Shown here one piece after another: positions 11,888-22,364 of a stretch of DNA of 64,000 bases. The translations under genes were made by a program, and so were the position numbers. Source of the DNA: Leptospira sp. (GTDB lineage: Bacteria > Spirochaetota > Leptospiria > Leptospirales > Leptospiraceae); NCBI GenBank assembly GCA_034439575.1, contig JAWXAQ010000027.1, positions 224,001-288,000 of the forward strand, read 5' to 3'. Each line of letters begins with the position of its first letter. The stretch's first letter is position 1. A model generated the notes under the pieces. The model was not told the DNA's origin, ran no database searches, and worked only from the letters and a program-made list of their open reading frames with translations.

Positions 11888-11943
11888 AATGAAGATTCAC
11901 CCCTCGAATGTCCGATATTTAGAATAAGGATTCTTATATCTAA

Positions 11944-13131
11944 ATGCCTCTCGATCCGACACAAGAAGAAAAAGAAATTCAAGACATTGTTCATGAATTG
12001 TCAAAAGATATAGAGAAGGATCGACATTTCGCCAAACAATTGCAACGTGTGTTATTGCTTTTACTTGCTGGTTTTTTGGCAGCAGGTTTGGTTGTACTCC
12101 TCAGTTATTTACTCTATTTAAATTTTTCAGTTAACAAACTACAAACGGAAGTCAAACAAAAAGAAAAAAGTTTACAAGAGTTAGAGGAAAGTCTCTTTTC
12201 ACTCATGTATCAGGAACAATTAAAGGAAGAACAATACCTTCCCTTAGATTCAGATGCAGATCAAAATTTCAGAAAACAAGTCGAAGAAAATATCTCCTAT
12301 TTAAAAGAAGTAACTAAAGGTGTGAAGGGCAAAAATATCCTTCGAGGTAATGAAAATCACAAAGAGATATCACTTACCTTTGATTTGGCGACTGGTGAAG
12401 AATTAGCTACCTTACTTCAATATATCAAAGAATACGATATTCGTGTGACTGTATTTCTTTCCAATGAAAGGCCATCCGATACTAGCGGTTCTTTTTTCGT
12501 CCGTCAAAACTTAGATCTGATCAAAAAAATGTCAAAGACTGGAAAAGTGGAATTTGCAAATCACACTTGGAGTCATTTTAATTATTCACGTTCTGTCACG
12601 GAAACATCACAGAAAAAAAGAACTGTTCTGGATTATCTATCCAAACAAGTATTGGATCTTCCGAGAATGGCTGAAGAATTAAAAAGGGTAGAAGATATTT
12701 TTTCTGCTCTCACCAAACAAGATTTAAAAAAATACTATCGATTGCCATATGGTGCGATCAACCAATTGATTTTAGATGCTCATGCGAGTATCGGATATAC
12801 GGATCATGTTATGTGGTCAAGAAATAACAAAGGATCTTTAGATTTACCAGATTATATTCATAAACAATTTTTATACAAAATTCATAATGGGAAAAAGGAA
12901 GTTGTGAAAAATCCCTATTACAAAACGAGTGGGGAAACTTTAGAATATTTGGATGCTTGGGAATCTGTTGATAAAAATGGAATGAACGGTGCGATCATTC
13001 TTATGCATTTAGGTGGACCTAGAAAATTTGATAAACTGATTTATATATTGCCTGAATTTGTGAGACGAATGCAAAAGAAGGGCTACAAATTTGTAACCCT
13101 AAGTGAAGTTCTAAATAACGAAGCTGATTAA
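11944..13131 (+). CDS. Membrane-anchored polysaccharide deacetylase (CE4/NodB family)
   Basis: TM helix + coiled coil, then LTFD, NHTWSH, YRLPYG, GAIILMH motifs. Confidence 0.85.
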   Translation: MPLDPTQEEKEIQDIVHELSKDIEKDRHFAKQLQRVLLLLLAGFLAAGLVVLLSYLLYLNFSVNKLQTEVKQKEKSLQELEESLFSLMYQEQLKEEQYLPLDSDADQNFRKQVEENISYLKEVTKGVKGKNILRGNENHKEISLTFDLATGEELATLLQYIKEYDIRVTVFLSNERPSDTSGSFFVRQNLDLIKKMSKTGKVEFANHTWSHFNYSRSVTETSQKKRTVLDYLSKQVLDLPRMAEELKRVEDIFSALTKQDLKKYYRLPYGAINQLILDAHASIGYTDHVMWSRNNKGSLDLPDYIHKQFLYKIHNGKKEVVKNPYYKTSGETLEYLDAWESVDKNGMNGAIILMHLGGPRKFDKLIYILPEFVRRMQKKGYKFVTLSEVLNNEAD

Positions 13132-13162
13132 CTTTAGTAATATCTTTTCAGATATCGAAACC

Positions 13163-16100
13163 TCAAACAAACTGAGATTTTTTTCTTTTAGTTTTCCACT
13201 TGTCTTGCATCCAATGCACAAAGTCATAGGTCGTGAGATAAAAGACAGGAACCATGATCAAGGTGATAAAAGTGGCAAAGGCTAGGCCCCAACCAAAGGC
13301 AAGTGCCATTGGGACAAGGAAAGGATCTCGGCCACCGATACCGTAAGCTGTGGGTAGTAGTCCCAAAACAGTTGTTACTGTGGTGAGAATAACAGCCCTT
13401 AAGCGAATGGATCCTGTTTCTACCAATAGATCAAAAGTTTTTATCTCGGGGTTTTCTAATTTTAATTGGTTGGCACAGTCCACGAGTACAATGGAGTCGT
13501 TGACGACTACCCCCGCAAGTCCGATGATCCCAAGAAATGAAAGAAAAGATAAAGGCTGTCCGTGCAATAAAAAGGCAAATATAACACCTATGACACCAAA
13601 GGGAATCGCACTCATTACCACAAAGGGTTGGAGTAGGGATTTGAAAAGGGAGGCGAGGATCATATAAATGATAATCAAACCAACCAAAAATGCTCGCCCT
13701 AAGGATGCCATTGACTCTTCTGTATCTTTGTTTTCCCCAGAAAAACGAACTGTATATCCTGGATACTTAAGAATGATTTTTTCACCGAGCACTTTCGCAT
13801 CTGTGTTTACTTTACGTGATGTGGTTACCGTCTCATCAATGTTTGCCGTTACAGTCAAAAGACGTTTCCCATCCAAATGATTGATGGATGCGCGTCCTGG
13901 TGAACGGTCATATGAAGTTAATCGGGAAACTGGTATCATATTACCGGCAAGATTATTTACATATACTTTATTTAAGTGCGTAAGAGAGGTTCTATATTCT
14001 TCTGGAAAACGTACGCGAACATCTACTTCTTCCTCTGCCCGTTTGATTTTTGTGGAAACCGCCCCTTGCAATGCAGTATTGATGGCGAGAGATACGGATT
14101 GGACACTAACGCCCGCAAACGAAGCTAGAGATTCATCAACGGTGACTCGTATCTCATCTTTTCCTTCATTAAAATCATCCCCTATGTCAACGACACCAGG
14201 CACTTTATTTAAAATCAATTTATACTCCTCGGCAATCTTTTGTAAGGTGGAAAAATCATCTCCTTTGATTTCTATGGCCACTGGTTTCCCAACAGGTGGT
14301 CCACCTGCCAATTTTTCAAATTCTAAATTGATAAGTTTTCCTTCTAAAGCTTTGAACTCACTCGGTATAGGAAGGGTTTCGAATTTTTCATCCTTACTTG
14401 CATTTTGATTTTCTTTCGCAATTTTTTCTTCAAGTAATAACAATGCTTTGTCGTTTAGCATGTACTTTGTGTTGTGCCGAATGTATTCGATAACTTTTTC
14501 TGTGCTTCTATCTCTCGACTCTTCTGGTGTGAGATAGACTAAGACCTGCGCATAGTTTTTGCCACGTTTGGTGAATGGATCATTTGGATCTTTTTGGATG
14601 ATGCCCACTCTCGAGATATAGTTTTCCAATTCTTCTTTTGGCAAAGTTTTTAAGGAAAATTCAATTGCTTGAATGAACTTATCTGTTTGTTCCAATGTAA
14701 GTCCCGTTTCGGCAGTGACTCTCACTTGGAACGTTTCAATGGCACCTGGGAATAGTTTGAATTTCCCGAACATACCTTGCAAAACTATCGAAAATACAAA
14801 TAATCCCAAAAGTAAAGAAATCATCTTTAACTTGTGGTTTAAGGCAAATCTTAAAACGGGTAAATAATAGTTTACTTTGAAATTCGTAAACCAATGTGAT
14901 TCATCTTTCACTTCACCTTTTAAACTAGTTGTTTTACTAATATCATAAAGGTGGGAAGGAAGCATAAAAAATGCTTCGAACAAAGAAGAAGATAAAGATA
15001 AAATCACAACCATCGGTATGGAACCGATGAATTTCCCAAAAATCCCAGTCATAAACAACATTGGTCCAAATGCAGCAATCGTAGTCGTCACTGTTGCCAT
15101 AACGGGTGCTAAAACTTCGGATGTTCCGCGCAATGCCGCTTCGAATGGTTCTTCGCCCATTTCCAGGTGACGATATACGTTTTCACAGATAATAATGGCA
15201 TCATCTACTAATATACCTACGACGATGATTAGTCCCATCATAGATATAAGATTCAAAGTCATTCCAAAGTAACTCATGGCAACAAAGGTCATGGCTATGG
15301 AAATAGGAATCCCGAGTGCGGTCATGAGTGCCATGCGCCATCCAAGGAAAACGAATAGGGATGCCGTCACAAGAAGTAGCCCAGACATCGCGTTCGATGT
15401 CAAAACCCCAAGTCTTCTTCTGATGTATTTGGATAAGTCATTTACAAACGCATGACGAATGGTGCCATTTGCACTGGCGATAAACTCATTCACAACTTTT
15501 TTGGATTCGTCTACGACAACAATCGCATCGGATTTTTCTCGTTTAATGACTGTCAGTGCAATAGCAACTTCGCCATTTGATTTATCTAAATAATCCGAAT
15601 CTTCAAATCCTTCCGTCACTCGTGCTATGTCTTTGACTCGCACTGATCTGCCTGCATCATTTGTACGGACAAATACATTTTCTATCTGTTCGGCGGTGTC
15701 AAACTCGCCCACAGTGCGAACGATAATCTCTTTCGAACGTTCTGAAATATTACCACCAGGAAAGTTAATGTTTCTTAAGCGTAGAGCGTTTACTACTTGA
15801 GTTGAGGAAATGGAAAGTGCTGTCATTTTATCTGGAAATAGATCCACTTTCATTTCACGATCACGCCAACCGCGTTTGGTTATCCTTGCTACAGTTGGTA
15901 AACTTTTGAGTTTATCTTCTAAAATTTTCGCTTGGTCACGCAATTCTTTTGGAGATAAGATTTGTTTTCCATCTTTCAATTCACTTGTTAAATGGATTTC
16001 AATGACAGGTTGTCTAGCTGTTGTGATTTCAGTGACGATCGGATCTTCTACATCATTTGGCAAATCTTGCACTCGGTCAATGGCTGATTTGATATCATCT

Positions 16101-16423
16101 ACAACTTTTTGCGTGTTTTTGACATTTGGGTCAATTGTGATGATAATTCCTGAACGATTTTCAAGAGATGCTGAGCGGTATTCTTTGATGCCATCTACTT
16201 CTTTAATAGCATCTTCTATTGGTTTGGTGACAAGTTTTTCAACGTCGGAGGGAGAGGCGCCGACATAAATTGCTGTAACACTAACAATGTCGAAATTGAT
16301 ATTGGGGAATGCTTCTCTGTTCATCGTTGCTGCAGTGAAACCACCAACGAGTAAAATCAAAAATGTAAGTAAGTTTACGAATAAACTTTTGGATAAAAAA
16401 TATTCAACGATGGATGATCGCAT
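13163..16423 (-). CDS. RND family efflux permease (AcrB/CzcA-like)
   Basis: 1086 aa in two repeated halves; [37 protein letters not shown]. Confidence 0.92.
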   Translation of the reverse strand: MRSSIVEYFLSKSLFVNLLTFLILLVGGFTAATMNREAFPNINFDIVSVTAIYVGASPSDVEKLVTKPIEDAIKEVDGIKEYRSASLENRSGIIITIDPNVKNTQKVVDDIKSAIDRVQDLPNDVEDPIVTEITTARQPVIEIHLTSELKDGKQILSPKELRDQAKILEDKLKSLPTVARITKRGWRDREMKVDLFPDKMTALSISSTQVVNALRLRNINFPGGNISERSKEIIVRTVGEFDTAEQIENVFVRTNDAGRSVRVKDIARVTEGFEDSDYLDKSNGEVAIALTVIKREKSDAIVVVDESKKVVNEFIASANGTIRHAFVNDLSKYIRRRLGVLTSNAMSGLLLVTASLFVFLGWRMALMTALGIPISIAMTFVAMSYFGMTLNLISMMGLIIVVGILVDDAIIICENVYRHLEMGEEPFEAALRGTSEVLAPVMATVTTTIAAFGPMLFMTGIFGKFIGSIPMVVILSLSSSLFEAFFMLPSHLYDISKTTSLKGEVKDESHWFTNFKVNYYLPVLRFALNHKLKMISLLLGLFVFSIVLQGMFGKFKLFPGAIETFQVRVTAETGLTLEQTDKFIQAIEFSLKTLPKEELENYISRVGIIQKDPNDPFTKRGKNYAQVLVYLTPEESRDRSTEKVIEYIRHNTKYMLNDKALLLLEEKIAKENQNASKDEKFETLPIPSEFKALEGKLINLEFEKLAGGPPVGKPVAIEIKGDDFSTLQKIAEEYKLILNKVPGVVDIGDDFNEGKDEIRVTVDESLASFAGVSVQSVSLAINTALQGAVSTKIKRAEEEVDVRVRFPEEYRTSLTHLNKVYVNNLAGNMIPVSRLTSYDRSPGRASINHLDGKRLLTVTANIDETVTTSRKVNTDAKVLGEKIILKYPGYTVRFSGENKDTEESMASLGRAFLVGLIIIYMILASLFKSLLQPFVVMSAIPFGVIGVIFAFLLHGQPLSFLSFLGIIGLAGVVVNDSIVLVDCANQLKLENPEIKTFDLLVETGSIRLRAVILTTVTTVLGLLPTAYGIGGRDPFLVPMALAFGWGLAFATFITLIMVPVFYLTTYDFVHWMQDKWKTKRKKSQFV

Positions 16424-16443
16424 GCTTTTGCCTATTTAGAAAT

Positions 16444-16983
16444 TTAGTCTAGAAGTTTTCCGTCGGTATCAACATCTTCGTTATAACCGAAGAGTTTAGT
16501 ACTTTTAAGTCTGTCCACATACAATACACCAAATAAGTGATCACATTCGTGTTGCATGACTATGGCTCTGTATCCTTCGATAATTTCTTCATGCGGTTCG
16601 AAGTGCTGATCTCGCCATTTCAATTTGATTTTATCTGGCCTTTCGACATACCCACGCATCCCAGGAACTGACAAACATCCTTCCCAAAATCCTTCACCGG
16701 GCGCCGAAAGTGGGGTGATTTCTGGATTGATAAGGACTTGTTCTGGAACGGCAGGCGAGCCTTTGTACCTGTTGTTGTCTTCTTCTGATCCAACAACTAC
16801 GATCTTTTTCATCACCCCGATTTGAGGAGCAGCAAGACCCACTCCTTCGGCGAAGCGCATAGTTTCAAACATATCGCGTAATAACTTTTTAAATTCTTTA
16901 GTTCCAATTTCAGATTCTAGAACATCCTCTGAAATTTGTCTTAAGAGTGGATTTCCGATGCGAAGTATTTTTCTGACTGCCAT
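16444..16983 (-). CDS. def: Peptide deformylase
   Basis: [26 protein letters not shown] motifs. Confidence 0.97.
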   Translation of the reverse strand: MAVRKILRIGNPLLRQISEDVLESEIGTKEFKKLLRDMFETMRFAEGVGLAAPQIGVMKKIVVVGSEEDNNRYKGSPAVPEQVLINPEITPLSAPGEGFWEGCLSVPGMRGYVERPDKIKLKWRDQHFEPHEEIIEGYRAIVMQHECDHLFGVLYVDRLKSTKLFGYNEDVDTDGKLLD

Positions 16984-17105
16984 AGATACTAAGGATTAGA
17001 TTTTAAAATCCCTCTCCTAGATCAAGTGAACTAGCGGTTTCTATAGGAAAAAGCATTTGACAGTAGGACAAAAAAGGAAAAATTTTAAGGAAATTCGGGA
17101 TTTGT

Positions 17106-17178
<73 letters not shown>

Positions 17179-17253
17179 GAAGCACTTGCCAAAGTGCTAA
17201 ACGGACAAGCCATGTCAACAGAGAAACATATAGAGAAAGGGGAATCAGTTCCA

Positions 17254-17565
17254 ATGAGTCAAGAAATTATAGACGACCTAAATAAAAAATTGAAAATTCA
17301 ATCAGATATTATTCGAGGTTATGAAAAAGTCCTAAGACTCAACGAACAAGAGTTATCCAATGCGGATGAAATCATTCGCATGTATGAACAAATCAGCGAC
17401 TACTCCCGGTCAGAATTAAAAGAAGCCAAGGAAACTGTCCAAGCAAGTTCAATGGTTTCAAACCTAAGCCGTGACGAGCTTATGTCTGCTTTTGATAAAA
17501 TCAAAGCGTTGGAAGAGGCAAATCGCAAACTCCGCGAAGAATCACTGAAGTTTAACAAAGATTAG
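17254..17565 (+). CDS. Small coiled-coil protein with 21-residue repeats
   Basis: ATG at 17254 after purine-rich AAGGGGAA; the upstream ORF extension overlaps the tRNA; 6 nt gap to the next gene. Confidence 0.75.
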   Translation: MSQEIIDDLNKKLKIQSDIIRGYEKVLRLNEQELSNADEIIRMYEQISDYSRSELKEAKETVQASSMVSNLSRDELMSAFDKIKALEEANRKLREESLKFNKD

Positions 17566-17571
17566 ATCCTA

Positions 17572-20319
17572 GTGAGTCAATCATTGCTTCCTCCCTTAGT
17601 CCAGAAATCGGCAGAAGGTGGATACTTCGTAGCGTCAACGACTGAATTGGTTGACCTATACCATTTTATTTTAAGCCAAGCAAAGCGATTAGTATCTGCA
17701 AAATCAGCTGGCTTTTATTTAAAAAACGAACGTGGTAATTTAACGCGTGTCGGTCTTGTCAAAGATGCACAGTCTTCGGCAAGAATTGCAAAACATGTAT
17801 TTAAAACTCAAAAAAGTTTGCTCCTGAAAAAGGGTGCGCATATCACTGCGAATGCGAATCCTTTAGAAGAATCAGTGATTGCCTGTTATATTGGAGAAGA
17901 GGTCGGCGAACTTTCGTTGGGTGTCTTGGTTATTGAAGGTATAAAACACTTTGATAATTTTTCCGAACAAGACTTAGACCTTATTAATTATTTTTCTTCA
18001 AATTTAACAGCCCTTTTTAAAGACACGATTTATTCCGAAGGTGAAAACCAATTTTTCAATTCCCTTGCGACATCCATACTATTACTTGTTGATAATTCAA
18101 ATATCCATAACAACAACAATCGCCTGCAATACTTTTTGGAAGAAATCATCAGAGTTGCAGTTCTTATCAATACAAGTTTAGACATTGATAAATTATTAGA
18201 AATGGTGATGCATTCTGCAAAATCCGTTTTTAGAACTGAGGCTAGTTCTTTACTTTTGTTAGACGAAAGAAAAGAATATTTAGTTTTTAATACAGTAACT
18301 GGTGATAAAAAAGAAGAAGTTGCCAAGGTAAAAGTGCCAATTGGTCAAGGTATTGCAGGAAATGTAGCGATCACCAAACAACCTATGATCATCAATGATG
18401 CCCAAAATGATCCGAGAGTGTTTCGGGACGTAGACAAGGCATCAAATTTCATCACTCGTAATATTTTGGCGGCCCCCTTGATTGTAGGCGATGAAGTGAT
18501 TGGTGTCATTGAAGCGATCAATACCATAGATAGAAATAATTTTAGCCAAAATGATATAGATTTCTTTTTATCATTTTCTTCTGCTTGTGCTGTCGCCATT
18601 CAAAAGACAACCTTACTCAATAATTTAAACATAGCAAACATTGAACTCAAACAAAAGTTAAGTACTCTCGAATCACTCTTTGAACTTGGGCAAGCAGTTC
18701 TTGAATCCCACGATGAGCTGGGGCTAATGTCTAGGTCTCTTGCCATTCTTTCTAAAGAATTGGATGCGGAAGATGCAGGCATGGTGATCTTTCTGGAAGG
18801 AAAAAAGAAAATCATTCAAGTCTATGCCAGGCAGAATGGAGTGGTTTTTGAATCATTTTATGATGTCACTGAAAGTAATTTAATCCTCAGTTCTATTGAA
18901 TCCAAACAACCTTTACTTGGAACTGTCACACTCGAATTAGCAAATGATTTTTTAGGATTAGAATCCTTTGTGTTAAAAGAATCTTATTTGGTTTTACCCG
19001 TGTCACCGAGCGGAAGTTCATTGAAGGCGGCACTATATGTTTGTGGTAAAAGAAAAAGAACAGGATTTGGGGAAGCTGACCTCCGTATGTTCAAAACGAT
19101 TTCTAGCCCTCTTGCCAAGGCTTACGAAAATTTAAGATTAAACCAGGAAATTATCACAAAAAAATCTATAGAAAAAGAGATTGAGATCACTCGTAATATC
19201 CAGAACAATATTTTACCAAATTCACTTCTTAAGTCTTCCCAATTTGATTTAGGTGTTAAATCAGTTGCCGCCAAGGAAGTGTCAGGTGACTTTTATGATT
19301 TCCATCAATATGGAACCCATAATTTTTCATTTTTAGTTGCTGATGTCTCTGGAAAAAGTTTACCCGCGGCCATTTTTATGGCCATGTCATCTTCGATTAT
19401 TCGTACTCTCTCACGCACAACTGAATTATCACCTTCGGAATTATTAAAAAGAGCCAATCAATTAATATATGAGGATTCCCAGTCAGGGATGTTTGTTACT
19501 TTGTTTTTTGCTAACTTTGATTCGGTGACAAAAAAGATTCGTTTTGCCTCAGCAGGTCACAATGATCAAATTTGGATACGTGCCGATGGAAGTTATGAAT
19601 TATTAAAAGGGAAGGGTGCTCCCCTTGGTGTTGTGCCCGTAGGAAAGTATATCGGTGGCGAAATCGATATGGTCCCAGGCGACATGCTTGTTTTTTATAC
19701 AGATGGTGCGATAGAAGAGAAAAATAAAGAGGACGAAGAATTTGGATTAGATAGACTTATCAGTGAGATCATATCTAGAAGAGATAAAAGTTCCCAAGAA
19801 ATCATCGAAGAAATATATAAAATCATTCGTGAATTTTCCGAAGAATCAGAACAATACGATGACTTTACAGTCATGATCTTAAAATTTCCAGAAACCAATT
19901 CCGAGTTTTATGCCAAAACCTTCCCTGCATTATCTTCGGAAATCCCTAAATTGCGCGATTTTCTTGCAGAAAAATTAAGAGATAAGGTGACAAGAGAACA
20001 TGCTTTCGATGACATACTTGTTTCCCTAGATGAAGCCGCGACAAATATAGTTATGCATGGTTATGCGGGAATTTCAAATGACGAACCGAGCTTTGAATGT
20101 AAAATTCAAATTGAAGGTGAAGTTGCCATTTTCACTCTGGTAGATGAAGCCAAGGCATTTCAAAGGGAATTTGTTCCCACACCTTCTTTAGAGGCAAATT
20201 TAAAAGGGGAAAGACGCGGTGGTTTTGGCGTTTTCTTAATGGAAAAACTAATGGATAAGGTCTCTTATCATTATGATGGCAAAAAGAATTATACCTATTT
20301 AGAAAAGAGGATTATATGA
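17572..20319 (+). CDS. Multi-GAF sensor with SpoIIE/PP2C phosphatase and C-terminal RsbW-like HATPase (anti-sigma kinase) domain
   Basis: GAF (GQGIAGNVA...NILAAPL); PP2C motifs VSGDFYD, VADVSGKS, YTDG, DDFT; then DEAATNIVMHGY...RGGFGVFLMEKLMD. Confidence 0.9.
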   Translation: MSQSLLPPLVQKSAEGGYFVASTTELVDLYHFILSQAKRLVSAKSAGFYLKNERGNLTRVGLVKDAQSSARIAKHVFKTQKSLLLKKGAHITANANPLEESVIACYIGEEVGELSLGVLVIEGIKHFDNFSEQDLDLINYFSSNLTALFKDTIYSEGENQFFNSLATSILLLVDNSNIHNNNNRLQYFLEEIIRVAVLINTSLDIDKLLEMVMHSAKSVFRTEASSLLLLDERKEYLVFNTVTGDKKEEVAKVKVPIGQGIAGNVAITKQPMIINDAQNDPRVFRDVDKASNFITRNILAAPLIVGDEVIGVIEAINTIDRNNFSQNDIDFFLSFSSACAVAIQKTTLLNNLNIANIELKQKLSTLESLFELGQAVLESHDELGLMSRSLAILSKELDAEDAGMVIFLEGKKKIIQVYARQNGVVFESFYDVTESNLILSSIESKQPLLGTVTLELANDFLGLESFVLKESYLVLPVSPSGSSLKAALYVCGKRKRTGFGEADLRMFKTISSPLAKAYENLRLNQEIITKKSIEKEIEITRNIQNNILPNSLLKSSQFDLGVKSVAAKEVSGDFYDFHQYGTHNFSFLVADVSGKSLPAAIFMAMSSSIIRTLSRTTELSPSELLKRANQLIYEDSQSGMFVTLFFANFDSVTKKIRFASAGHNDQIWIRADGSYELLKGKGAPLGVVPVGKYIGGEIDMVPGDMLVFYTDGAIEEKNKEDEEFGLDRLISEIISRRDKSSQEIIEEIYKIIREFSEESEQYDDFTVMILKFPETNSEFYAKTFPALSSEIPKLRDFLAEKLRDKVTREHAFDDILVSLDEAATNIVMHGYAGISNDEPSFECKIQIEGEVAIFTLVDEAKAFQREFVPTPSLEANLKGERRGGFGVFLMEKLMDKVSYHYDGKKNYTYLEKRII

Positions 20320-20657
20320 GCGAACACACGATTAGTATACGTTCCGAACTTATTGGCGATAAACTTGTCGTTCATTTTCAAGGAAATTTGGACGTTCATA
20401 ATACGCATCAAATTGAACAGGATCTAATGAATATGGTAAAATCGGCTAAGACCTCTATCGTTTTTAATTTAAGCGATGTTCAATTTATATCTTCGGCAGG
20501 ACTTCGGGTGCTTGTGACTTCACTCAGGCTTTGTCAAGATCTAGGTATCAAAATAGCAATTTGTTCGCTTCGACCAGCGGTAGAAAAGGTTTTTGATATC
20601 ATAGGTATGCAACAGTTATTTACCATTCATTCGGATCTGAATGCGGCCCTTTCTTAA
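20316..20657 (+). CDS. STAS domain anti-sigma factor antagonist (RsbV/SpoIIAA-like)
   Basis: VQFISSAGLRVL phospho-Ser motif; ATGA overlap with upstream gene. Confidence 0.92.
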   Translation: MSEHTISIRSELIGDKLVVHFQGNLDVHNTHQIEQDLMNMVKSAKTSIVFNLSDVQFISSAGLRVLVTSLRLCQDLGIKIAICSLRPAVEKVFDIIGMQQLFTIHSDLNAALS

Positions 20658-20706
20658 AATAAACTTTTCTCAGTGTCAAATATAAAAAAATTGGAAAAAA
20701 CAAACT

Positions 20707-22359
20707 ATGGAAACTAAGTTATACTCTCTAGATAATCCTTTTCAAAACAAAACTTCCTCCGATTCCGAGTTTCCCAAGGGCATTTATGATGATGCATTAA
20801 AACTCGGAAAAGAACTTATCGAAAAACCCGTCTTAGGTGGTGGTGAAGATAGAATTCGAGTTCAACATTCTAAAAACCGAATGACTGTATGGGAACGAAT
20901 CAAAGTTCTTACCGATGCTGAACCAAATATCACATACCAAAACTGGGGTCCAAATTTGGATGGCGCTTCGATAGTTACAGGCATTCTAAATATTGAAGGA
21001 AGAGATGTAGCCGTTTACGGTCATGATTTTACACTTCGCGCAGGTTCCATGGACGCGACTAACGGAAGTAAGCTTGCCCGTTTGATCCTAATGGCAGGTG
21101 AACAGGGAATCCCACTTATCGGTATGAATGATTCAGCGGGAGCCTATGTTCCAGCGGGTGTCGGTGGTCTTGATGGATATTCCGAAGCCTTTACAGCACT
21201 ACGAAAGATCAGTGGTGTTGTTCCTTCCATCATGTTAATGTTTGGTTTCAATGCTGGAGGCGGTGCCTATCTTCCAAGACAAGGATCATTTATGATCCAG
21301 TGTGATAATACATTCTTTGGTCTAACAGGGCCGGGCGTTGTTAAAACTGTGCTTGGTGAAGATATCTCTGCTGAAGATTTGGGTGGACCAAAAGTCCATG
21401 GCCAATCAGGCGTTGTGGACTTGGTGACAAATGATGAGCTTGGTTCTTTACGAACTGCAATTCGTCTTCTTTCTTATTTACCAGATAACAATCGTTCAAA
21501 TGCACCTTTTTATCCAACATCGGATTCATTGGATCGTTTTATCTACGAAGAAGATATTTTGTTCCGTAAAACGTTTAATAGTCCGACAGGAATGAACACT
21601 CCTTTTGACATTACACTTTATCTCCAACAAATTTGTGACCATGGTGAGTTCTTTGAAGTGCAACCGCAAAGAGCTCGTAACATCGTGACGGCCTTTGGTC
21701 GGATCGGTGGTCATGTAGTGGGTTTTCTTGCCAACAATTCGGCAGTGTCTTCCGGTCAAATAGACATTGGGGCTTCTAGAAAAGGGACTCGTTTCGTTCG
21801 GTTTTGCAATTTGTACAATATTCCTATGGTGTTTGTAGAAGATACGACAGGATTTTTACCAGGTCGCGACCAAGAACATAATGGAATCGTTTTGGAAGGT
21901 CGTAAATTATTGGATTCGATTATTGATTTACGAACACCTAGATTAACTTTGATTATACGAAATGCTTTTGGTGGGGCTTATGCGACATTTAACTCGTATT
22001 TTACGGGAGCATCTGCGGTATTCGCATTGCCAACCGCAAGAATTGCCGTAATGGGACCTGCGGGAAAAGAATATGTATACAAAGATGAAATCACAAATAT
22101 CCAAAAGGAATACCTAGCTAATTTAAAAAGTGGTAAAAATGAAAAGGACGCTATTTCCATTCGCGATGCAAAACTTTTAGTGATTAACCAAAAGTATGAA
22201 AAAGAACTTATGAATCCAAAAGAAGCTCTTTCACTTGGATCTGTTTCTTCCATCATCCTACCAGGTTATACTCGTAAGGTGCTTGCAAAAAATCTAAATT
22301 TCTTAATGTCAAAATATAAACCCGCTCCAATGGGCGGCCCTCAAAGGGAGTTTGAGTAA
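20707..22359 (+). CDS. Acyl-CoA carboxylase carboxyltransferase subunit
   Basis: [50 protein letters not shown]. Confidence 0.92.
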   Translation: METKLYSLDNPFQNKTSSDSEFPKGIYDDALKLGKELIEKPVLGGGEDRIRVQHSKNRMTVWERIKVLTDAEPNITYQNWGPNLDGASIVTGILNIEGRDVAVYGHDFTLRAGSMDATNGSKLARLILMAGEQGIPLIGMNDSAGAYVPAGVGGLDGYSEAFTALRKISGVVPSIMLMFGFNAGGGAYLPRQGSFMIQCDNTFFGLTGPGVVKTVLGEDISAEDLGGPKVHGQSGVVDLVTNDELGSLRTAIRLLSYLPDNNRSNAPFYPTSDSLDRFIYEEDILFRKTFNSPTGMNTPFDITLYLQQICDHGEFFEVQPQRARNIVTAFGRIGGHVVGFLANNSAVSSGQIDIGASRKGTRFVRFCNLYNIPMVFVEDTTGFLPGRDQEHNGIVLEGRKLLDSIIDLRTPRLTLIIRNAFGGAYATFNSYFTGASAVFALPTARIAVMGPAGKEYVYKDEITNIQKEYLANLKSGKNEKDAISIRDAKLLVINQKYEKELMNPKEALSLGSVSSIILPGYTRKVLAKNLNFLMSKYKPAPMGGPQREFE

Positions 22360-22364
22360 ATCCT

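Noticed and set aside
13350..16268. Chain of plus-strand ORFs antisense to the RND gene (and similar shadows over rpoD, cheB, parA and the acyl-CoA ligase)
   Set aside because: Antisense mirror frames produced by codon bias; no RBS or protein-like motifs
17057..17085. Plus-strand TTGACA that could drive antisense transcription through the tRNA
   Set aside because: No convincing -10 at 16-18 nt spacing; unsupported without TSS data
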